A DNA stretch of 64,000 bases, taken from positions 1-64,000 of the forward strand of contig JAVCBU010000014.1 of the NCBI GenBank assembly GCA_037917685.1, in the 5' to 3' direction. Within the stretch, counting starts at the first letter, position 1; the number at the start of each line of letters is the position of its first letter. Position numbers and translations under genes: made by a program. The stretch is from Thermoproteota archaeon (GTDB taxonomy: Archaea; Korarchaeota; Korarchaeia; Korarchaeales; JAOZGB01). The notes below the pieces were generated by a model. The model searched no databases. It saw only the letters and a program-made list of their open reading frames with translations, and was not told the DNA's origin. Below are positions 56,661 to 64,000 of this stretch, one piece after another.

Positions 56661-58742
56661 TTGGGGTATCTGGCGGTTATGGGTAATGGAAAGGTTCCGG
56701 GCATGGTTTATATACTTTTCTCCTTTGCTCCGTGGATTGCCTACTGGATAATTTGTGGTGTGGGCCGGCGGCTTGGGGTTGCGGTCTCGATGGCTGTCAC
56801 ACTGCTGCTTTTAGTCCTTCGGGCTCGTAATAGGGAGTTTAACCTGATGGATGCCTGCTCCCTACTCTACTTTACGGCTGCATCTGCCGGGACATTTCTG
56901 TTGAACAGTGATGTGTTCGTAGAGGAAAGCGGGTTCCTCGGCTACCTATCACTGTTTCTTATGGCGGTTTTCTCCCTGGCAGTTAGGCAACCGTACACCC
57001 TTCAGGTGTCCAAGAGGGACTACCCGGAAGTCTACTGGAGGGATAAGGCATTCCTATTCATAAACAATATCGTCACAGGGGTTTGGGCTGTAATCTTCGG
57101 TTTAAACGCAACTTTGTATCACTTCATAGGCGGCCCCCTCACACTAATCCTTTCAAACCTCCTGATCGTCATTGGCATAGTGTTCTCAATCGTGTTTCCT
57201 TTGAAGGCTCCTGCCTACCTGGCTTCAAGAAGGTTTAGGAGGTATGACTGGAATGTCAGGGTTGATCCCCGGCGGCCTAAGGGGGAGAATGAGTACGACG
57301 TAATAATTGTTGGCTCTGGTATAGGAGGTTTGACCTGTGGTGCCTTGCTCTCTAAGAGAGGATACAAAGTCCTAGTTTTGGAACAACACTACATGGCTGG
57401 AGGCTACTGCTCCTCATTTAATAGGGGCGGCTTCGTCTTCAACGTGGGGGTAGAGAATGTCAGCGGGCTATGGGAGAAGGGTCCTATTACCTATCTCCTT
57501 AAGGAGCTTGGGCTCAGGAAGGAAGACCTATTCGTGAGGAACAGAGTAAGATACATCTTTAAGGGGAGAGCGATCGACGCGGAAGGTATAGAGGACTTCG
57601 TAGGTGCTCTCGCAGATATGTTCCCAGAGGAGAGAAGCAGCATCCAAGCCTTTTTCGAGGATGCCATTAAGGCCTATGAGGAGTGCTATAGGGATGTCGA
57701 GGCCTACGGGGTACCTCTACCAGCAGAGTTGATAGTTAAAGTCTATGGGGAGAGGAAGCTGCTGGAATACCCGAGGGAGCATCCTCACTTCTACGACTGG
57801 ATGAATAAGACGTACAAGCAGAAGCTTGACGAGTACTTCATCGACGAAGACCTGAAGATACTACTCTGCGCCCTGTTAGGCTACGTTGGAACAAAGCCTG
57901 ATGAAACATGGGCAAGCACAGCTCTCACAGCAGTAGTCTCATACTACATGCACGGCGGGTACTATCCGATTGGGGGAGCACAGAGGTTCGCCGACACATT
58001 AAAGGAGTACATTGAGAGCCATAGCGGGAAAGTCCTACTCAAACATAGGGTGGACAAGATAATAGTAGAAGAAGGACGGGTTAAAGGGGTTAGATCTAGG
58101 GGCAAGGTTTACAGAAGCCCGGTTGTCGTCGCCAACGCAAACGCCAAAACCACCTTTCTAGAGCTTGTCGGAGAGGAAAACCTGGACAGGGAATTCGTAG
58201 AATACATTAAAAGCCTGAAGATGTCCCCCTCATGCTTCATGGTGTTCCTCGGGGTAGACATGGACTTATCAGGGTACCCCACTATAATAGAGAACCTAGA
58301 TGATGGATACAGCATCGTTATCAACTCAAACGCTGACCCAAGCCTAGCCCCGGAGGGGAGCGCAAGCGTCACAATAATAACAGGCGCAGACTACCATGAC
58401 TTCCCAGAGAGGGGGACAAAACCATACCGGGAAAAGAAGGAGAAGCTTACAAGGATACTGATTGAAAAGGCTGAAAAGGTAATACCAGGCCTAAGCAGGC
58501 ATATAATTGTACAGGACGCAGCTACACCAAGAACATTTGAAAGATACACCTCAATGCCGGAGGGAGCAATCTACTCCTTCGACCAGTCTATAAAGGTAAG
58601 AAGACCCTACTTCAAAACCCCAGTCAAAGGCCTATATCTTGCAAGCGCCTCAACCTTCCCAGGCGGCGGGATAGAAGCCGTAGTAATATCAGGAACAATA
58701 TGCGCAAACGACATATGCAACTGGGAAACCCGAATGCAATAG
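56661..58742 (+). CDS. Phytoene desaturase-like FAD oxidoreductase with N-terminal multi-TM domain
   Basis: IVGSGIGG...LEQH..AGG, YPIGGAQ, TP.TFERYT...GAIY, PGGG. Confidence 0.85.
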   Translation: MGYLAVMGNGKVPGMVYILFSFAPWIAYWIICGVGRRLGVAVSMAVTLLLLVLRARNREFNLMDACSLLYFTAASAGTFLLNSDVFVEESGFLGYLSLFLMAVFSLAVRQPYTLQVSKRDYPEVYWRDKAFLFINNIVTGVWAVIFGLNATLYHFIGGPLTLILSNLLIVIGIVFSIVFPLKAPAYLASRRFRRYDWNVRVDPRRPKGENEYDVIIVGSGIGGLTCGALLSKRGYKVLVLEQHYMAGGYCSSFNRGGFVFNVGVENVSGLWEKGPITYLLKELGLRKEDLFVRNRVRYIFKGRAIDAEGIEDFVGALADMFPEERSSIQAFFEDAIKAYEECYRDVEAYGVPLPAELIVKVYGERKLLEYPREHPHFYDWMNKTYKQKLDEYFIDEDLKILLCALLGYVGTKPDETWASTALTAVVSYYMHGGYYPIGGAQRFADTLKEYIESHSGKVLLKHRVDKIIVEEGRVKGVRSRGKVYRSPVVVANANAKTTFLELVGEENLDREFVEYIKSLKMSPSCFMVFLGVDMDLSGYPTIIENLDDGYSIVINSNADPSLAPEGSASVTIITGADYHDFPERGTKPYREKKEKLTRILIEKAEKVIPGLSRHIIVQDAATPRTFERYTSMPEGAIYSFDQSIKVRRPYFKTPVKGLYLASASTFPGGGIEAVVISGTICANDICNWETRMQ

Positions 58743-58942
58743 TGTAGCTTCAACAACCCCGACTATAACATTATAGTCATCGCATAGAGCACATAGCCTG
58801 CAACACCGGGCTCTCCAACACACTGTCAAGACTCGTGGCGAAGCAGGGTAGCTCCCATTTTTAATATTGCTTGCGTATGAGTATAAATTCAACTGCGCTA
58901 ATAAAAATAAGAGAGAGGGGAGAAGAGTAGGTTTAACCAGGT

Positions 58943-59426
58943 AAGCTGCCGGTCGTTAGGTCATGGATCTGGAAAGATGAATTCTTAGAGGGATGGCTTG
59001 ACCTACTTGAAGAGTATTCTGGTATGATTTACGCCATGGGCACGATAACCCTGCTACTCGTGTTAATAGTCGTGGGGAGTGTTCAGATTCATCTCCATAA
59101 TAGAGGCAAAGTGGAGCTTCACAATACTGAAAGCAATTGGATTTTCAGATTGGGAAATTGCAAAAGGACATCTTTCGGAAACACTAATACTAACAGCGAT
59201 AGGAATACTAATGAGCATACCTATAAGCATGCATCTCGCCACACTCTTAAACAAAAGTTTCGAGAATCTAATGTCACCGCCGCCAACAGTCCTAGACACC
59301 AGCGTCGTCATCTATAGAGCCGTCCTAGTATTAGCATCAGCACTTCTAGCTACTCTTATCGTGCTGAGATACGCCTTAAAAGGCAGCTTAGCAAAAAGAC
59401 TAAGAACCGTATTCGAAACGCTATGA
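58943..59426 (+). pseudogene. FtsX-like ABC permease C-terminal remnant, frameshifted
   Basis: ...MIYAMGTITLLLVLIVVG then frameshift near 59078 to FRFISIIE...ILKAIGFS..EI...SE; no 5' part. Confidence 0.65.
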
Positions 59427-59471
59427 TAGTAGTAACATGGAGGCTGACTCACCTATTACTGTATTGCCGCT

Positions 59472-60035
59472 CTATAGATGGATTACCCTGTCCATCTTTC
59501 CAATTATCTTTAGAACAGCCTCCCTTTCCCTAATGCTAACTCCGCTCCCGTGATCCTCCGAAAGCCTTTGGCCTAGGTAAGAGTTCGCCAGGAACGTGCT
59601 CGACTTCTCAATCAACAGGAATACCTTTTCCACGGAGCCGGCTTGAAGGTACATTGACAAGTCGTTAACTATCAGTATTGGGGTTGGAAGGTCCAGAAAC
59701 TCTTGGAAAACAGCGTCGATTCTCCTGGCATTTTCCCATGCCAGTCTTTCAACATGGCCTGCTGTGTCACCCTCAAGCCTTGGGGCATTAAGGAATTCGG
59801 GTACAAGCAGCCTTACCTCACCTATCCTCCCGGAGAAGTGTGTAAGCTTAAGCCCAACACCCCTCCTTTCCGGGCCTAGATCTATAACAGTTATATGATC
59901 CTTAAGGCCTAGGTCTACAAGCTCGTCTAGCAGGCGGGCTGTAAGCCTGGTTTTCCCAGTGCCCACGTCTCCGACTATTAAAGTCTTCAAACCTATAATC
60001 TCAGACGCGGAGATTCTCCCATGTAATTCCAACAT
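59472..60035 (-). CDS. Small P-loop NTPase of unknown function
   Basis: GDVGTGKT, IDLGP, LIVND; overlaps thiW. Confidence 0.7.
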   Translation of the reverse strand: MLELHGRISASEIIGLKTLIVGDVGTGKTRLTARLLDELVDLGLKDHITVIDLGPERRGVGLKLTHFSGRIGEVRLLVPEFLNAPRLEGDTAGHVERLAWENARRIDAVFQEFLDLPTPILIVNDLSMYLQAGSVEKVFLLIEKSSTFLANSYLGQRLSEDHGSGVSIREREAVLKIIGKMDRVIHL

Positions 60036-60519
60036 GTCTAAGCCCCTCTAGGATCAGGAAGCCAAGTATTGATCCAGGCACACAGCTAGATGCCCAAGCC
60101 AAGTACACCGGGAATAAAGCCCCTATCATCTCTTTGTGCCCGAGGCTTGGTGCGAAAACGTAGACGGCGATGGTTGCACCGATAAAGATGGTTCCAATGG
60201 GCTCAGTTAAAGCTGCAAGCTCGGGTTTCAGTCCTAACCTCCGAAATACCCATGCAGAGATACCCACTATAAAGGCTCCGGGTATTCCTCCTGGTAGCGA
60301 GTATATAGTTCCGATGTTCATGGCCATACGTATAACTCCAATGGCGAACGCTATCAGTGAAGCCCAAACAGGCCCCAAGAGTACCCCTGCTGCAGCATTG
60401 ATCATATGCTGGCCTGGATAAGCCTTTGTAGCCATGAAGGGGAACCATAGGAGGGGAGCTATGGCAACGCCCACTGCCACCAGCAGGCTTGCAAGGGCGG
60501 CCCTTCTAATTCTCCCCAC
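60001..60519 (-). CDS. thiW: ECF transporter S-component for thiazole precursor
   Basis: PGQHMIN..AGVLLGP, R...GT...PGGI.G, EPIGT. Confidence 0.9.
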   Translation of the reverse strand: MGRIRRAALASLLVAVGVAIAPLLWFPFMATKAYPGQHMINAAAGVLLGPVWASLIAFAIGVIRMAMNIGTIYSLPGGIPGAFIVGISAWVFRRLGLKPELAALTEPIGTIFIGATIAVYVFAPSLGHKEMIGALFPVYLAWASSCVPGSILGFLILEGLRHVGITWENLRV

Positions 60520-61909
60520 TTAGCTCCTCACCTATCGAAACCACTATCTTGGCAAGCTCCACAGGATCCTCCCCCAGTAAAACAATCATAGGCTCTTTAC
60601 CCCAGTCTCCAAGATGGTAAACCGCATCTGGAACCCGCCCGGCTCTCTCTATTGCAACCTGCATCCCCCAGGGTATGGTGGCTCCCTCGACCTTCTTTAT
60701 CTGCTCAGGCTCCTCCCTCCTATCATAGCTACATATAAGTAAGCCTTTGCTTCTAAGTTTACTCAAAATCTCCCTGTCATATTTTATGTTCAGAGCAGCC
60801 CTATACCTGGGTTCACGGCGCATTGCTTCAAGAATATAGCTTGCAAGGTGGGAGCTTACCCCGAACTCTGGGCACATGGCAGCCCTCAAATGTCTCCCAC
60901 TGCTCCTAAGCCTTCCAGGGACTGCTGCTACATCATTCTTATCCCTTGCATATGGGAGAGCCATTGCAACGTTCATCCCAACTTCCGGGGCAAGCTCTCC
61001 AACCATAGCGTCTTCAAGGATTTTAGTTGCCTGCTTTACCCTGTTTATAACCTTCCACTTTTCAGACTCCATATAGAGAAGGGCCATCGGGTTTACGGGG
61101 CCATGCCCGCTACCAACATGGACCCCGAACATTATACTGGCTGTGACTATCTTCTTAGCTGTTTTAATGGCGTTGATTAGGCTTGAACCCTTCGCAAGCT
61201 CGGCAGCTATAGCTGCTGAGAATGTACATCCTGTCCCGTGGGTTGTCCTAACTTCTACTCTACGGGACTTTAGCTCCTTAAAGCCCCCATCATGATAGAC
61301 GATGTCAATCGAGTACTCCCCCTCCATATGTCCCCCCTTCACAACTACTGTCCTGGGGCCTAAGCCTGCGATCCTCTTTGCAGCCTCCCTTGCATCTTCG
61401 AGGCTTTTTATCCTCATACCAGTTATCTCTTCAGCTTCCTTTAGGTTTGGCGTTAGGACGGTGGCTATTGGGAGAAGCCTCTTTATTAGTGTTCTCTTCG
61501 CCTCAGGCTTAAGCAGCGGAGCCCCACTCTTGGCAACCATTACAGGATCGACAACAAGGGGGAACCCGTATCTTTCAACCTCGCTGGCCACTGCCTCTAT
61601 TATCTGTGATGTGTGAAGCATACCTGTTTTTGCAACGTCAACACCTATATCTTCAACTACAGCCTTAATCTGCTTCCTAACCATCTCAGGGCTTACATCT
61701 TGAACCCCTGTAACAGCGGTGGTGTTCTGGGCTGTAATAGATGTGATGACAACAGTGCCGTGAACCCCGAGGGCTGCAAAGGTTTTCAAATCAGCCTCTA
61801 TACCAGCTCCTCCGCCGGAGTCTGAGCCTGCGATGGTCATGGCAACTGGAACTCTACCATTCAAGGGTATCCAGACCAAGCCATCACCTCCTGAGCTTTG
61901 AGATGACAA
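60506..61909 (-). CDS. thiD: Bifunctional HMP(-P) kinase / thiamine-phosphate synthase ThiDN
   Basis: [34 protein letters not shown]; C-terminal PEVGMN...GKEPMI ThiN domain. Confidence 0.95.
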   Translation of the reverse strand: MSSQSSGGDGLVWIPLNGRVPVAMTIAGSDSGGGAGIEADLKTFAALGVHGTVVITSITAQNTTAVTGVQDVSPEMVRKQIKAVVEDIGVDVAKTGMLHTSQIIEAVASEVERYGFPLVVDPVMVAKSGAPLLKPEAKRTLIKRLLPIATVLTPNLKEAEEITGMRIKSLEDAREAAKRIAGLGPRTVVVKGGHMEGEYSIDIVYHDGGFKELKSRRVEVRTTHGTGCTFSAAIAAELAKGSSLINAIKTAKKIVTASIMFGVHVGSGHGPVNPMALLYMESEKWKVINRVKQATKILEDAMVGELAPEVGMNVAMALPYARDKNDVAAVPGRLRSSGRHLRAAMCPEFGVSSHLASYILEAMRREPRYRAALNIKYDREILSKLRSKGLLICSYDRREEPEQIKKVEGATIPWGMQVAIERAGRVPDAVYHLGDWGKEPMIVLLGEDPVELAKIVVSIGEELSGEN

Positions 61910-63167
61910 GCTGCGCCAAAGCTGAGAATAGTAGGGCGGGAAGCGTAGCCCCTATGCTTGGGAGCCTGTAGGCAAAGAATAGGTACACTGCGAAGCCTAA
62001 AGCCCATGAAATGATAGACTCAGACCTCAGCGCAGGGGCATCCCTGTAGAATTCCTCAACCTGGAGCTTCAAACCTCTTACTATAAAGTACTCAGAGATG
62101 AAAACGCCAAAGAGAGGTACGAAGGAAGCTCCTATGATCAGGAGGAAGTGCTCGTACTCCGCGAGAGGCACCGTGTACGCTAGGATGGCTCCAAGCCCTG
62201 AAGCCGCTAGTACAAGCTTCCACTGTTTCACTCCTGGCCACAGGTTTTGGAGGGAGACAGCAGTCGAATATACATCTGCAAAGGCGTTATCAGTCTCATC
62301 AACGAGTATTGCAATTAAGGCTACAGCACCAACATAGATACTTAAGATGGAAGATGGCGCCAGATACTTGCCGGTTGCAACCGCCAGCGCTGCGCCAAGC
62401 CCGTAGAACCAGGTGTTAGCGATCGAATAGCCCAGCAAGGTTCCAGCAAAACATCTTCTTCCACTCCGCGCAAACCTATTATAGTCCGAGACTAGAGGCA
62501 TCCATGAGACAGGCATAGCTATAACAAGGTCCAACGCGAGCGGGATGGACAATCCCCCCGTGCCAGCAGTTGAGAAAATGCTTAAATCCCTGGCAACCTG
62601 ATACGTAATCCATACTGTTGAAGCGTATACAAGCCATATTGCAAACTTCTCAAGCCACTGCCTAACCACTGCTAAGGGCCCGCCTACAGCGAAGAGCGTA
62701 ACAATAACTGTGAATACTATGAGCCAGAACGGCCTCGTCAAGCCTCCAAGGAACATGCCTGAGAGAAGCACAGCCGAGTCCGCCATGACCATTAGCTCAA
62801 AGGCTGTCCACCCCACGAGCTGAACCACGTTAAGAACTGTGGGAAGGTATGAACCATACCTTCCAAGCAGCGGCCTCAGCGAAACCATGGTGGGAACGCC
62901 ATACTCGCTTCCAACAAGTCCTACAGTTGCAAGAAGCAGACTTCCAACGGCTGAGCCTACTGCGGAGATGGCTATTGCCTTAAGCAGGCTGAGGGCTGGG
63001 ACAAGAAGCATCCCTGCCTGGAACACTAGGAGTCCAACCCCTAGACTTGACCAGAGGACGAAGAAGTCTATGCCTCTAAGCTCTCTTTTATCCCTGGGAA
63101 CCGGGTTGACACCCCATTCGGGCGGGAACCTTATCCCAAACATATTGCTCAACATGTTTATCAACAT
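61884..63167 (-). CDS. cytX: CytX-like NCS1 hydroxymethylpyrimidine transporter (start probably 63143)
   Basis: [32 protein letters not shown]. Confidence 0.85.
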   Translation of the reverse strand: MLINMLSNMFGIRFPPEWGVNPVPRDKRELRGIDFFVLWSSLGVGLLVFQAGMLLVPALSLLKAIAISAVGSAVGSLLLATVGLVGSEYGVPTMVSLRPLLGRYGSYLPTVLNVVQLVGWTAFELMVMADSAVLLSGMFLGGLTRPFWLIVFTVIVTLFAVGGPLAVVRQWLEKFAIWLVYASTVWITYQVARDLSIFSTAGTGGLSIPLALDLVIAMPVSWMPLVSDYNRFARSGRRCFAGTLLGYSIANTWFYGLGAALAVATGKYLAPSSILSIYVGAVALIAILVDETDNAFADVYSTAVSLQNLWPGVKQWKLVLAASGLGAILAYTVPLAEYEHFLLIIGASFVPLFGVFISEYFIVRGLKLQVEEFYRDAPALRSESIISWALGFAVYLFFAYRLPSIGATLPALLFSALAQLVISKLRR

Positions 63168-63204
63168 GTAAAATTATAAATGTTGTATGGCATACTAACC
63201 ACGA

Positions 63205-64000
63205 ATGAGACCCCCATGCGAAGAAGTAGTACGAAACTACCTTCCACAGCTCAGAGCCAGAATAGTTAGAAACCTCATCGAAGAACACGGATGGACAATG
63301 GCTGAAGCTGCAAAGGCCCTCGAAATATCCAGCACAGCCTCAGCAAAGTATAAGAGAATAATAGAGTCTGGGACAAACCTGCCAGTCCAGATCCTAGAGG
63401 GATCAGCGGCTAAAATATCAGAAGAACTGTCAAACGGCTCAGCCACCCCAGAGTCAGCCATAACACAGATATGCGAAACATGCATGCGAATGAGAATAGA
63501 GGGACCCATATGCCGGCTCCACAGGTCGACAGTTGGAGGAATCGAAAACTGCAAGGCATGCCTAAACGTTAACACAGCAATCGCCGGGGAGGCATGGGAG
63601 AAGCTAAAGGTAATATCAGAACTCAAAAAAGCACTACTCCTCTTATCCACATGTAGAGAATTTGAAAAACTGATACCAGAGGTCAGAACTAACATAGCAA
63701 TGTGCACCAGAAACCCAAAGGACGAGTCGGACGTAGCAGCCTACCCAGGCAGGATAACCACTATAAAAGGGAGAGCAGCATCCCTCTCCCAACCAGAGTT
63801 CAACGCCTCAAAACACCTGTCCAAAATACTACTCCAAGCCCGGAAAGTAAACCCTAGGATCAGAAGCGTATCCTGCATAAAATTCAACCGGGAAGTAGTG
63901 CAAGCTATGGAAAAACTAAAAATAAAATTCACAGTAGTAGACCGGGAGGTATACAAGGACGTTGAAACCTTCATAAAGGAAACAGGGATGGTTGGCGACG
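63205..64000 (+). CDS. thiR: Thiamine regulator ThiR (HTH plus ThiN-like domain), runs off the window end
   Basis: Not in the ORF track because it has no stop in the window: MRPPCEEVVRNYLPQLRA...AEAAKALEIS...IPEVRTNI...DVAAYPGRIT...PEFNASKHL; divergent from cytX-thiDN-thiW. Confidence 0.88.
   Translation, partial: MRPPCEEVVRNYLPQLRARIVRNLIEEHGWTMAEAAKALEISSTASAKYKRIIESGTNLPVQILEGSAAKISEELSNGSATPESAITQICETCMRMRIEGPICRLHRSTVGGIENCKACLNVNTAIAGEAWEKLKVISELKKALLLLSTCREFEKLIPEVRTNIAMCTRNPKDESDVAAYPGRITTIKGRAASLSQPEFNASKHLSKILLQARKVNPRIRSVSCIKFNREVVQAMEKLKIKFTVVDREVYKDVETFIKETGMVGD

Noticed and set aside
63237-63974. Minus-strand ORFs of 156 aa and 77 aa
   Set aside because: Antisense to thiR, which is the real gene on the plus strand.

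Overview
Archaeal chromosomal segment with no rRNA, tRNA or CRISPR array detected. Gene content suggests a thermophilic anaerobe, probably TACK-like; the lineage is inferred, not determined. It carries: a V4R/wHTH/KaiC-like signalling neighbourhood next to an ATP-dependent DNA ligase and an AEP primase-like fusion; an F420/H4MPT C1 cluster (FrhB-like, CofE-like, mtd, ftr, fused fwdD-B, fwdA, fwdC, mch); a decaying accessory region at about 26.7-34.7 kb (broken HEPN-MNT, intact VapBC, truncated TrmB, an AT-rich foreign 800-aa gene, an internally deleted HAD); hydrolases and transporters; and a thiamine salvage operon with its divergent regulator thiR at the right edge. The best candidate for an undescribed system is a stand-alone nurA-herA pair with no adjacent mre11/rad50, transcribed divergently from a CARF+wHTH (Csa3/HFX_2341-like) regulator across two imperfect palindromes. 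Its HerA lacks the usual arginine-finger motif and carries a 306-aa intein with an XRE-type HTH and no visible LAGLIDADG endonuclease. All family calls come from motif recognition by eye; no database searches were run.
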